Made by a program: the position numbers and the translations under genes. A stretch of DNA of 63,246 nucleotides, filler included, from a bacterium (GTDB taxonomy: Bacteria; JAJRZV01): the NCBI GenBank assembly GCA_024275095.1. It is 5 parts of 5 records of this genome, joined end to end, with 100 filler letters (N's around TTAATTAATTAA, not from the genome) between each part and the next. Parts side by side here need not be neighbours in the genome. Positions count along the whole stretch, not along the records: positions 21,352 to 32,994 come from JAJRZV010000119.1; positions 33,095 to 51,684 come from JAJRZV010000011.1; 3 more parts are not named here. One strand, written 5' to 3'. Below are positions 28,785-38,755 of this stretch, one piece after another (positions within the stretch are counted from its first letter, which is position 1; every line of letters begins with the position of its first letter). The notes beneath the pieces were generated by a model. That model saw only the letters and a program-made list of their open reading frames with translations, was not told the origin of the DNA and searched no databases.

Positions 28785-31488
28785 TTTTCCCCCACCGAAC
28801 AAGGTCTTTGACGGCCTCCTTGGCGGACTCCGGGCCCACTATCACCACAGTGTATAGAGTCGGCTTCAGGTTGTCCAGAATCGCCCGTCGAATTTCGCGT
28901 GTGCTCACGTTCTGTATGCGTTTTGAAAATCGGAACACACGGGTGTAATCGCCTGTGAGGATCTGGGTGTACGCGAGGCGGGTACCCACAGCACTGTTCG
29001 TCTCAAACCCCATTTTATAATTCCCCACAACAAAGGTCTTGGCCCGCTGAATTTCATCGCCTGTAAGAGAATGTTCAAGTAAAAGGTCAACTTCCTGGCG
29101 AAAACCTTCAACCGCTTCCTTGACTTTCTCCGGAGCTGTCGCCATGTAAAAAATAAAGAGTCCGCTTTTTGCGCGTGGACGGTAAAAAGCCGTCACGGAA
29201 TATGCAAGAGCCCTTTTATCTCTCAGGTCCATAAACAAACGCCCGGACATCCCGGCGAGTGCATTTTCCACAACCTCCATGGGATATCGCGTTTCATCTT
29301 TCCCACCGGGTGCGTAAAAAGCCATTACAATATGTGCCTGCTCTGTATTCATCGGCACGAACTCGAAGGAGACGCGCTTGCGCTTTTCAACCACAGGTAC
29401 AACGACACTCTCCTCCTCTGCCGGCATGTTCGAGAGATACCCTTCGACAATGGGTAAAACATCCTCTGCGTGAAAATCGCCCACGAGAACCAGCAATCCA
29501 TTATTTGCCTGAACCACCCTGTGGTAATATTTCAAAACGTCCTCACGCGAAAGCTTCTCAACACTCTCTTTTGTCCCCAGAACATCTCTCCCGTATGGGT
29601 GGTCACCGTACATCACCCGTGCAAGTGCATTCATCAGAACACTGCGTGGATTCTCTTTCTCTTTACGAATAAGCGAAAGTTGATCTTTCTTAACCTTCTC
29701 CAGCTCCTCGACAGGAAAAGAGGGTTCCAACAGCACCTCTGAGAAAACCTGGAAGGCATCAAGAAAATCTTCTTTCAAGCACTCGGCTCGCAAACCAAAA
29801 GTCTCTGCGTCAGCATGGGCATAAAATAAAGTGAAATACCTATCCTCAAGTGCTGAAATCTCCTGGGCACTGCGAAACCGGGTTCCCCTGCGCATGGCAG
29901 CGGCTGTGAGCCATCCAAGTCCTTGCTTTTTGGGAGGTTCTGCTGCAACTCCTCCGTGAAAAACAGCTGTCATGTAAATGGTATTGGTTCCGGGACGTTC
30001 GAGCAAAAGCACGGGCAAACCATTTTTCAACGTGTAGAGTTTCACACCTTCCGACCCCTTTTTAATCTTCCTCTGCACCCCCCTCTTTTCCAAAAGTTCC
30101 TCGCGCAGCCATCTTTTTACGTCTCGTGCCGAAACAGATGAACCTTCAGGCAACATGAGTACCATGCCTGCACGTTCTCCTTTCAACCATTCGCCGGCCA
30201 GTTCCTGAAGCCGTTCACGTTTTGTGTGCACAAGAGCGTTCATGTACTTGAAAAAGAGCTCGGGATCCCTGCCTTCAGCAAAATACGAACCGAACGTCTC
30301 GGCAACACTCTCAGAATTCTCAAGGGAAGAAATGATGCCCTTTATCAAGCTCTCCTTTGCATTCTCAAACTCTTCTTCTGAGGGACCGGTCCTGCTGAAC
30401 ATCCTCAGTTCAGCAAACACTTCCCGCAACCCGATTTCTTCTTCTCCCTGCCTCAGCACCCCACTGACAAAGAAAGCACCTCGCTGCCGGGGTGACCACG
30501 CAGATGCACTGATGCGCGTCAACACATTCTTGCGCAAGCGTAAATTCTTCACCAGGCGTGACGACCCTGAACCTCCAAGAGCTGCAGCAAGCACATCTGC
30601 AGCTGCTGCCTGCTCCACATCTGTCAGACGTGTTCCAGGCCACACAAGAATAAAACGCGGTTCTCGAAGGTCCTTCTTGTAAAATACGTAAACCGGATCT
30701 TTCCACTTAAAAGAAGGTTCAAAAATTTCTCTTCGAGGACGCCTCTTTCCCGCCTTCCATGATCCAAAATACTTTTGTGCAACAGCAAAAACCTGTTCAA
30801 AAGTTGTCCCTCCTGCCACAACAAAGGCGGCGTTATCCGGTCTGTACCATTTTTTCATAAACCGGTAGAGGCTCTCCCGGGTCACCCTTCTCACTGTCTC
30901 GGGCCAACCGACAACAGGAACGCCATACGGATGGTCCTGAAAGGCGAAAGAGAGCGTTTCTTTCCATAACTTGCTTTCAGGCAGGTCTTCTCCTCTGCGG
31001 TACTCCTCCACAATCACCTCGATCTACTTTTTCAGCTCGTCCTCGGGAAAAGTAGGATTCTGACAAATATCAGCGAGTACATCGGCGGCTCTCGACAGGT
31101 GCTCCGCAGGTACGTTGACGACATAGGCCGTGTAATCATATGACGTGTAAGCATTCATATTACCACCCACACCCTCGATATCACGTGCAACATCCCCCAG
31201 GCCTCTGGTGCGTGTACCTTTGAACATCATGTGTTCAAATACGTGGGCAAGGCCGGCGAGATGCTTATCTTCATCCGTGGCACCGACACCGAACCAAATC
31301 TGAGCTGCTACTTTGGGAGAATCCATTTCATACGCACAAACAGTCAAACCGTTTGTCAATTTCCCACAACGAAACTGCTTTTTCATCTGCATAATCGTCT
31401 CCTCCCACAAGCTTGCCTGCGCAGCAAAAGCTGCAGTAACAGGTATTATTCCGTACAAAAAAACAAACATGTTTTTCGCTCTAAACAC
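28750..31488 (-). CDS. M16 (pitrilysin/insulinase) zinc peptidase, four-domain, with one in-frame TAG (31026-31024)
   Basis: HVFEHMMFKGT (HxxEH), NAYTS, ELKK*IEVIVEE, HPYG repeats; both ORF-track halves share one frame. Confidence 0.88.
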
Positions 31489-31661
31489 GTGAAGGAGTAT
31501 ACACTGTCCGAGTTTTCTTCAGCAATGCAATCAATGGCTCTATCCCGAAAAATCCGCATAACCTCCAGCGTCATCAGGATCAGACATCTCCTGTCGCTCT
31601 CTTCACAGGCAGTTTTTTTACTTCCTCTCCTTTACAGGCTCGTTTATCATCTTCTCCCGAG

Positions 31662-32561
31662 ATGAAGTGGATACGCACATCCCTCTTACCAGCCGCTGTA
31701 TTACTTCTCTGCAACAGGGCTCCTGCAGACCTTCTCTACGGCACACGCGGCCTGGGATTCGCCGGTGCGTACAGTGCAAGAGCGGATGACAATTTCGGCA
31801 CCACAGTGAATCCCGCAGCTCTCAGCATTTACCGGCGCTACCATATCCTGGCTTTTTATACCCTTTCCAGCATGAAAAACACGTACTCTACCGGCGTCAT
31901 TGCTGTGGATTCGAAAACTTCAGACATAGCGATGGGGCTGTTTTATATCAACCAGGGCTTTCTACCTCTGGGAAAAGCAAACGGAGAATACTCATTTTCA
32001 ACAACCTCCATCACCGACAACTACTGGGGACTTTCTATTTCAGAAAATTATATGAACCTGTTCTTTATCGGTATCACTCTTTCCATGCATACCATGCGAT
32101 CTTCCATGGGAAACGATGACACTTTTACCATGGACCTGGGGATAATCGCTCCTGTAGGAGACTATTTTCTCATCGGTTTCACTGCTTACAACCCCCTTCG
32201 CTACGGCTACAACAGACTCAAACAGCTCAACGATCCCCGCCGCAGGGCCATTGCCCTTGGAGCAGTCTTCCATTACCAGAACGTGCTCTTTCTTCAGGCA
32301 GACTGGCAAAGAGATCTGGAGGATCTTCGGGGCAATCATCACCGCATCGCCTTTGGCTTTTCTGCTGTGGGAAGAAGATACTTTGAAGTCCGCTTTGGTT
32401 ATGCACGGGACTTTTTCTTTTCAAGCAATGAAATTGGTGCAGGAATGTCATTTCGCGGTCCCAGGTTCAGCATTGACTACTCATACTTTGTCATCCGCAG
32501 GAATGGAAACCTGCCAAATGAAGAAAAACACTCCCTCGCGGTGACGGTGGCACTGTTCTAA
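31662..32561 (+). CDS. Outer-membrane beta-barrel protein (PorV/FadL-like N-terminus)
   Basis: RGLGFAGAYSARADD...NPAAL, C-terminal Phe. Confidence 0.6.
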   Translation: MKWIRTSLLPAAVLLLCNRAPADLLYGTRGLGFAGAYSARADDNFGTTVNPAALSIYRRYHILAFYTLSSMKNTYSTGVIAVDSKTSDIAMGLFYINQGFLPLGKANGEYSFSTTSITDNYWGLSISENYMNLFFIGITLSMHTMRSSMGNDDTFTMDLGIIAPVGDYFLIGFTAYNPLRYGYNRLKQLNDPRRRAIALGAVFHYQNVLFLQADWQRDLEDLRGNHHRIAFGFSAVGRRYFEVRFGYARDFFFSSNEIGAGMSFRGPRFSIDYSYFVIRRNGNLPNEEKHSLAVTVALF

Positions 32562-32568
32562 AAACTTC

Positions 32569-32994
32569 CTACCGAAACATATTAAACTCTTCTTTAAAAA
32601 GATCCTCTTCCTGTGTATCTTTTTTTTCATCCACGTATTCGGCGGGTTCGGTCCCTTCAACGTATGCCTGAAACACCCCGTCCCCGCGAGCTCTCAGGCC
32701 CGTCCTCCTGTCTATGCGAACAAACACAACACCCGGAGGCACGGGAAGAGGACCGGGCTTTTCCTTTACCGCAAGATAATTCATCACCCTTACCCACACA
32801 GGTACAGCCGCTCTGGAGCCGGTCTCGTATGGCCCCAAAGGCAAAAAGTCATCGTATCCTACCCACACACCCACAGTATACTTGCTGCTGAAACCGAGAA
32901 ACCAGGCGTCTCGCTGTTCATCGGTCGTCCCGGTTTTGCCTCCAACCTCGAAGTGAAGTACCCTTGCCCTCCAGCCAGTGCCCTCGGTAATTAC
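32569..32994 (-). CDS. mrcA: Class A penicillin-binding protein, C-terminal fragment
   Basis: EGTGWRA...GGKTGTTDEQRDAWFLGF..VGVWVGYD..ETGSRAAVPVW. Confidence 0.85.
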   Translation of the reverse strand, partial: VITEGTGWRARVLHFEVGGKTGTTDEQRDAWFLGFSSKYTVGVWVGYDDFLPLGPYETGSRAAVPVWVRVMNYLAVKEKPGPLPVPPGVVFVRIDRRTGLRARGDGVFQAYVEGTEPAEYVDEKKDTQEEDLFKEEFNMFR

Positions 32995-33094
32995 NNNNNN
33001 NNNNNNNNNNNNNNNNNNNNNNNNNNNNNNNNNNNNNNTTAATTAATTAANNNNNNNNNNNNNNNNNNNNNNNNNNNNNNNNNNNNNNNNNNNN
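32995..33094. other. Artificial contig linker
   Basis: N44-TTAATTAATTAA-N44. Confidence 0.97.
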
Positions 33095-33934
33095 ACACCT
33101 GAACAGGCCAAGACCTTTTTGGAACCCTTATCAAAACCTGATGCTTACAACGATTTTTTGGCCTGTGCCATTGAAGAGGAGTTCGACGTGGTGGACCCGT
33201 CACACATGTCTACCGTGGCTAAAAAGTCCGGTGACGAGTACATTCTTTCAGGTAAAAAGTACATGGTGGATTTTGCTGATACTGCTAAATATATACTTAT
33301 TTCTGCTCTCCAAGAAGGTGGCAGTGGCTGGGACGCGGTAAGGTTTTTTGTAGTGGACAACAGCGATGCCATAAAGAAGTCTGAAGAGGCTGATAAGTTA
33401 GGGCTCAGATGCGTGAAAACGTACCACATCGAATTTGAAAATTTGGAAGTCCCGGCAGAGAGACTGCTCAGCGGAGCTGATGATGTGGAAAAGGCTTTTA
33501 AAGATGCGCTTACTCGATGGCGTCTTGTGCTTGCAGCACTATCGCTGGGGGCTTCTCGTGCTGCTGCTGAGTACGCGGCACGATATTCCAAAGAGAGAAC
33601 AGCATTCGGTCAGCCCATTTCTCAATTTCAGGCTATCGCTTTTATGATTGCTGACATGTGTACTCTTGTAGATTCTGCACGTTTGTTGATATGGAAAGCG
33701 GCCAGAGATGTGGATATGGGTAAAGATGCTGCTGAAAGCTCAGCCCTGGCCTGTCTGCAGGTAATGGAGGCCGGTTTTTTTGCCACCAGTAACTCTGTAC
33801 AGATTTTGGGCGGTCACGGGTTTATTCAGGATCATCCTGTTGAAAAGTGGATGCGTGATGTAAGAACTATTTCAAACTACATGGGCCTGCCTCATGAGCT
33901 TGTTATGCAGGCAGGCCGTGAGATTATTGGATAA
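33095..33934 (+). CDS. Acyl-CoA dehydrogenase (5' truncated)
   Basis: ERTAFGQPISQFQAI, VQILGGHGFIQDHPVEKWMRD. Confidence 0.9.
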   Translation, partial: TPEQAKTFLEPLSKPDAYNDFLACAIEEEFDVVDPSHMSTVAKKSGDEYILSGKKYMVDFADTAKYILISALQEGGSGWDAVRFFVVDNSDAIKKSEEADKLGLRCVKTYHIEFENLEVPAERLLSGADDVEKAFKDALTRWRLVLAALSLGASRAAAEYAARYSKERTAFGQPISQFQAIAFMIADMCTLVDSARLLIWKAARDVDMGKDAAESSALACLQVMEAGFFATSNSVQILGGHGFIQDHPVEKWMRDVRTISNYMGLPHELVMQAGREIIG

Positions 33935-33952
33935 GTAAAGGAGGTAGGGGCC

Positions 33953-35158
33953 ATGATAGATTTTGAACTTACTGATGCGCAAAAAAATGTAAAGGCATTG
34001 CTTCACTGGTTCGCAAAGGAGAAGTTGCGTCCTCTTGCTCTGGAGTACGATCGTCACGGTCCTGTCCCCGTAGACGCTCCTATTTTCCAGGAACTGAAAT
34101 CTATGGGTCTGGGGATGGGGTCGACGCCGAGGGATAGGGGCGGTGAACCGGAACTTGGTGAAGAGCAAGATCGCCAGGGTGCAAGGCAATTTGCGCGTAT
34201 AGGTATACTCGGTGCTGAAGAAGTTGCTTACGGAGATGCTGGTATTATGCTTACTTTTCCAGGTCCCGGTCTTGCTGACCCACCTGTAAGAACCATGGGC
34301 ACAGAAGAGCAAAAAGAGATGTTTTATTCCGCCTTTAAAGGCGATAAGCCTGCGTGGGGCGCGTTTGCCCTCACAGAACCCGGCGCTGGCTCAGATGTGG
34401 CCGGTATCTCCTCTACCGCTGTAAAAGATGGAGATCACTATATTATCAACGGCACGAAGATTTTTATCACTAACGGTGCCCGTGCGGAGTGGGTTGTATG
34501 GTTTGCAACAGTGGATAAGAAATTAGGTAGAGAAGGCCACAGGGCTTTTCTTATAAGGAAAGGCACGCCGGGTTTCAGAGCAGGAAAAATCGAAAAAAAG
34601 ATGGGATTAAGGGCCTCTGAAACGGCGGAGCTTATATGTGAAGATTGTCGGGTACCTGTGTCACAGCTTCTCGGAGGAGAAGAACACTATAAAAGCAAAG
34701 CCGGCTTCAAAGGGGCCATGGGCACTTTTGACATGACGAGACCCATGGTGGCTGCGATGGCCCTGGGAATAGCACGGGCTGCTTATGAAAAACCAGTGGA
34801 GTTTGTAAAAGAAGCTTATTCTACCAAGCGCCCGCTCAATGAATACCAGATGATCATGGAGCGACTGGTGACCATTAAGCGTCGTATTGAAGCAGGAAGA
34901 TATTTGGCCTGGCGAGCAGCATGGATGATTGATACAGGAAAACCCAACTCCAAGGAAGCGTCCATGTCCAAAGCCTACTGTGCTCAGGTGGCTGTAGAGG
35001 CGTGTAACACCTGCGTGGAAATTATGGGAAGTAAAGGTATTGAACGGGATAACCTTGTGGAGAAATGGTTCAGGGATATTAAGGTTTTTGATATTTTTGA
35101 GGGCACAGGACAGGTACAGAGGCTGGTGATATCCAGGAGGATTCTCCAGCACATCTGA
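33953..35158 (+). CDS. Acyl-CoA dehydrogenase
   Basis: FALTEPGAGSD, GTKIFITNG, KMGLRASET, IFEGTGQVQR. Confidence 0.95.
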   Translation: MIDFELTDAQKNVKALLHWFAKEKLRPLALEYDRHGPVPVDAPIFQELKSMGLGMGSTPRDRGGEPELGEEQDRQGARQFARIGILGAEEVAYGDAGIMLTFPGPGLADPPVRTMGTEEQKEMFYSAFKGDKPAWGAFALTEPGAGSDVAGISSTAVKDGDHYIINGTKIFITNGARAEWVVWFATVDKKLGREGHRAFLIRKGTPGFRAGKIEKKMGLRASETAELICEDCRVPVSQLLGGEEHYKSKAGFKGAMGTFDMTRPMVAAMALGIARAAYEKPVEFVKEAYSTKRPLNEYQMIMERLVTIKRRIEAGRYLAWRAAWMIDTGKPNSKEASMSKAYCAQVAVEACNTCVEIMGSKGIERDNLVEKWFRDIKVFDIFEGTGQVQRLVISRRILQHI

Positions 35159-35191
35159 ATTTTTTCTGTTTTTTTACGAATTGAGAACTTT

Positions 35192-35223
35192 AAAAGCCGG
35201 GGAAATTCTTCCCCGGCTTTTTT
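35192..35223. terminator. Bidirectional intrinsic terminator
   Basis: AAAAGCCGGGGAA-ATTC-TTCCCCGGCTTTTTT between convergent genes. Confidence 0.85.
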
Positions 35224-35261
35224 ATAACATTCGGTGCCATGTGGTTACTGGGAGGGATGGG

Positions 35262-35810
35262 TTAACTTTTTGTCCTGAATGCGACGCCGGTTTTCATGTT
35301 GGTGTAAAGAATATAAATTAGGGGAACAAAATAATATATCCCGATGATTCCCATGCTTGCCAGAAAGAAGACATTGGTGAAGATTGATGGAGCAGTTTGG
35401 GTAACGAATTGCTGATAACTGCCGAGATAGAGAAGTCGCTTGTAGGGTACGGTGAGGAAGAAGAGAAAGCCGAGAAATCCTACGGCAGCAGGGCCAAATG
35501 CAAGTGCACCACCATCCATGCGGATGAGCCATGCTGTAAGAATGTACCCGACGAGTAAAGCAGGAAGATATCCTGTGACACAGAGAAAAGTGACGAGCAA
35601 AGAGTATCGGGAAGGGTCTATGAAATACATCCACGACCACCCGGTGAACGTAAACGCCAGGAAATATCCTATGGGCAGGAATACCAGCAATCCGAACAAA
35701 AAGGCCTGTTTGAACGACCGTGTGGCAAAAATACTTTCCGCCTGTCTGATTTCATCCCACGCAGCCAGTGCAATAACTGAGCCGGTGAGCAGGTTTATGA
35801 AATAGTCCAT
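35262..35810 (-). CDS. Hypothetical membrane protein (about 5 TM)
   Basis: Hydrophobic ORF with a WSWMY motif; ATG 35810. Confidence 0.7.
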   Translation of the reverse strand: MDYFINLLTGSVIALAAWDEIRQAESIFATRSFKQAFLFGLLVFLPIGYFLAFTFTGWSWMYFIDPSRYSLLVTFLCVTGYLPALLVGYILTAWLIRMDGGALAFGPAAVGFLGFLFFLTVPYKRLLYLGSYQQFVTQTAPSIFTNVFFLASMGIIGIYYFVPLIYILYTNMKTGVAFRTKS

Positions 35811-35906
35811 CGGTATTGTTTTAATCACCCCCTTAAATTCAAAGATGTGCATATATTCTCTCTTTTCAGGAAGGATAATGCAAGAATTTGGTACAATGGT
35901 GACGCT

Positions 35907-36458
35907 ATGACGCTAAAAGACCTGAGAAAGATAGAGGACCCTGTAAAAAAGCGGGCGCTTTTTGTGGCACTACTTGCCCAAGAGGTGGCCCAAAGGGGCG
36001 GTCGGTCTCCAATAGTGGTGGGTGGAGAAGCATTGGAAATTTACACGCAGGGAGGATATACCACTGGTGATATTGATATTAAAGGGCCTGCATCTATCAT
36101 CAATGAGGTGCTTTTGGAATGGGGGTTTTCAAAAAAAGGAAGGGTGTGGTTTCACGAAGAGCTGGATGTTTATGTGGGCTGGTTGGGCGAAGCACTGGAT
36201 GAAGGTTCCGAGGCAGAAAAGAGGGTGACCACAGTTGTTGTTGGGGATGGCCTGGAGGTGAAGGTGATTTCTGTTGAAGATTTAATCATAGATCGATTGA
36301 GCGCCGTGAAATGGTGGAAAGATGAGGACGGAATTATGTGGGCGAAGGTGCTTGTGGAAGTGAAAAAAGCGGCTGAAGGACACGTTGATAGGGATTATTT
36401 GCTTGAGCGAGCGGCAAGTGCTGGAGTAAGGGATTTGCTCGAGGAGGTACTCAGGTGA
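35907..36458 (+). CDS. Nucleotidyltransferase-fold protein (DUF6036/AbiEii-like)
   Basis: IVVGGEALEIY...TTGDIDI and SVEDLIIDRL. Confidence 0.7.
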   Translation: MTLKDLRKIEDPVKKRALFVALLAQEVAQRGGRSPIVVGGEALEIYTQGGYTTGDIDIKGPASIINEVLLEWGFSKKGRVWFHEELDVYVGWLGEALDEGSEAEKRVTTVVVGDGLEVKVISVEDLIIDRLSAVKWWKDEDGIMWAKVLVEVKKAAEGHVDRDYLLERAASAGVRDLLEEVLR

Positions 36459-36670
36459 AGGAGATTGAATATGAGGAATTAAAAAAAATTGCCCGGAATG
36501 TAAAAACGGCAATGATTGCACAGGGACAGTGGCCTTTTAAAAAAGTCAGGCGCAAACCCCGAGATGGCATGAAGCGTGCCATTCTCCTCCAGCGGGCATT
36601 AGCCAGAGTTCAGCGCTACAAACCACAAAAGAAAGGGGATAAACTCATTTTACCGTTTTTTAACGATTAA
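36455..36670 (+). CDS. Small basic protein translationally coupled to the nucleotidyltransferase
   Basis: GTGA overlap, RBS GAGGAGGT, 71 aa, K/R-rich. Confidence 0.65.
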   Translation: MKEIEYEELKKIARNVKTAMIAQGQWPFKKVRRKPRDGMKRAILLQRALARVQRYKPQKKGDKLILPFFND

Positions 36671-36693
36671 TCCGACTTTGAGTCAACCTTTGT

Positions 36694-37839
36694 TCAGAGT
36701 CCCATCTGCTTCGCAATAATGTATTTCATGATTTCTGTAGTACCCGCAAATATTGTCTGGACGCGAGTGTCGAGGTATGCTTTGGCCACCGGGTATTCGA
36801 GCATGTAACCATAACCACCGTGAAACTGGAGACACTGGTCCACAGTGCGCTTGAGCATTTCTGTTACCCACCACTTGGCCATGGATGTTTCTTTAACGAC
36901 GTTTTTACCTGCCATGTGTTCTTGAATGAGCCGATCCACAAATGTGCGTCCTATTTCGATTTCCGTTGCCATTTCCACAAGTTTGAACTGGATGTACTGG
37001 AACTTGCTGATGGGACGCCCGAAAGCCGTTCGTTCCTGGGTGTATTTAATCGTTTCTTCGAGGATAAGTTCTGCAGCTCTCTGTGCTCCTACTGCAACAA
37101 CCAGCCGTTCCTGCTGCAACTTTTGCATGAGGTAATAAAATCCCATTCCTTCCTGGCCCAAGAGATTTTCTACGGGTACACGGCAGTCTTCAAAGAACAA
37201 CTCGGCTGTGTCCTGGGCTTTCATCCCGATTTTTTCCAGTTTCTTGCCTTTTACAAATCCTGGTGTGCCGTCTTCGACAACAATAAGACTTACGCCTGTG
37301 TAAGGGGGGTCAGCTTTTGGGTTGGTTTTTGCGGCGACGATGACCAGGTCGCATATGAGACCGTTGGAGATAAAGGTTTTGCTTCCGTTAATGATGTAAT
37401 GATCACCATCGCGGATTGCTGTTGTTTTAATAGCCTGGAGGTCAGAACCCGCGTGGGGTTCTGTCATGGCAATAGCGGTAATAATATCACCCGAGGCGCA
37501 ACCAGGCAGCCAGCGTTGTTTTTGCTCTTCTGTTCCGAAACTGTGAATGTAGGGTACCACGATGTCATTGTGAAGGCTCAGTGCAAATCCCGATGCGTGC
37601 GCACGAGCCATTTCTTCAATCATTACCACAGAGTACAGAAAGTCCGCTCCGGACCCTCCATACTTTTCCTCGAGCCATGGACATAGAAATCCCTGTTCAC
37701 CTGCTTTTTTCCACACCTCCTTGGGCACTTTTCCTTCTTTTTCCCACTGGTCGTGATACGGGATGACCTCTTTTTCGAGGAAACGACGGAAGGCGTTTCT
37801 GAAAATTTCATGTTCTTCACGAAACAGGGTACGCTCCAT
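36694..37839 (-). CDS. Acyl-CoA dehydrogenase (long-chain type)
   Basis: AIAMTEPHAGSDLQ, QERL, CLQFHGGYGYM, IFAGTTEIMK. Confidence 0.96.
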   Translation of the reverse strand: MERTLFREEHEIFRNAFRRFLEKEVIPYHDQWEKEGKVPKEVWKKAGEQGFLCPWLEEKYGGSGADFLYSVVMIEEMARAHASGFALSLHNDIVVPYIHSFGTEEQKQRWLPGCASGDIITAIAMTEPHAGSDLQAIKTTAIRDGDHYIINGSKTFISNGLICDLVIVAAKTNPKADPPYTGVSLIVVEDGTPGFVKGKKLEKIGMKAQDTAELFFEDCRVPVENLLGQEGMGFYYLMQKLQQERLVVAVGAQRAAELILEETIKYTQERTAFGRPISKFQYIQFKLVEMATEIEIGRTFVDRLIQEHMAGKNVVKETSMAKWWVTEMLKRTVDQCLQFHGGYGYMLEYPVAKAYLDTRVQTIFAGTTEIMKYIIAKQMGL

Positions 37840-37940
37840 GGCATGACCTCCTGAGTAATAATTTTTTAAGAATAAGAATTTTGAACCCCTCTGGCAAACA
37901 ATTTTTGCATCGCGTCAACGATTTTCCCCTATGATTTTCC

Positions 37941-37968
37941 TTGACTGAGAGGCATGTGGGTTTATACT
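37941..37968 (+). promoter_or_regulatory. Sigma70-type promoter of the sdh operon
   Basis: TTGACT, 16 bp, TATACT. Confidence 0.55.
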
Positions 37969-38007
37969 AACCGCCGAGGTATCTGAGAACTGGTGGAGGA
38001 GGGTAAT

Positions 38008-38388
38008 ATGGTGGAATATTTGAAGAAAATTGTAAGTGAGACGCTTAAATCCTGGGAATCTGGATTCATTGCTTTCCACCTTCAACGCATTACAGGGCTT
38101 CTTGTTCTCGTGTACCTTTTCCTGCACATTGGTGTGTTGAGGGCGATTGTGGGCGGCGAAGCGGTTTACCAGCAGCGTATTGGTCTCATCACTTCGCCGG
38201 TTTTCAAGTTTTTTGAATGGCTTTTGCTTTTTACCGTACTTTTTCACACACTTAACGGCGTACGCATCCTTCTGGTTGATTTTTTCGGCATGGTGCGTTT
38301 ACAAAAACCCCTTTTCTGGATTGTCGCAGCTCTCACAGCTTTAGTCCTTGTGGTCAGTATTCCCGAATTTTTCACATTTCTGTATTGA
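38008..38388 (+). CDS. sdhC: Succinate dehydrogenase cytochrome b subunit
   Basis: LQRITG, FHTLNGVRILLVD. Confidence 0.9.
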   Translation: MVEYLKKIVSETLKSWESGFIAFHLQRITGLLVLVYLFLHIGVLRAIVGGEAVYQQRIGLITSPVFKFFEWLLLFTVLFHTLNGVRILLVDFFGMVRLQKPLFWIVAALTALVLVVSIPEFFTFLY

Positions 38389-38398
38389 GGAGGACACC

Positions 38399-38740
38399 AT
38401 GAATGGTATTAAACAGGGAGGAATGACTGCGTGGTTACTTCAACGTATTACGGGGGGAATTTTAACCATCCTTCTCGTTATTCATTTTTATCTTATGCAT
38501 TACACAGGAGAAGAAGGAATTGCATATGCTGCCGTAAAAGCAAGGCTCGTGACTCCGGGCTTGAAGATTTTTTACGTTCTTTTTCTTATTACAGGTCTTT
38601 ATCATGGTCTGAACGGGTTGAAGTCAGTGCTTATTGACTTCGACTTCTGGAAAGATAAACAGGCAGCGCTTAATTTTCTGTTTACTGTTGTGGGGCTTAT
38701 AGCGCTGGCTTTTGGTATTCACACAGTGTATTCCATTTGA
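38399..38740 (+). CDS. sdhD: Succinate dehydrogenase membrane anchor subunit
   Basis: WLLQRITG, YHGLNGLKSVLIDF. Confidence 0.88.
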   Translation: MNGIKQGGMTAWLLQRITGGILTILLVIHFYLMHYTGEEGIAYAAVKARLVTPGLKIFYVLFLITGLYHGLNGLKSVLIDFDFWKDKQAALNFLFTVVGLIALAFGIHTVYSI

Positions 38741-38755
38741 AGAGGGGGGCTATCC

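Noticed and set aside
31481-31496. Third parS-like site around CACGTGAA
   Set aside because: Only the central core matches and the arms are not palindromic.
36820-37686. Long antisense ORFs (also 26159-26992, 23622-24278, 22563-23204)
   Set aside because: They shadow well-conserved genes on the opposite strand and have no independent motifs.
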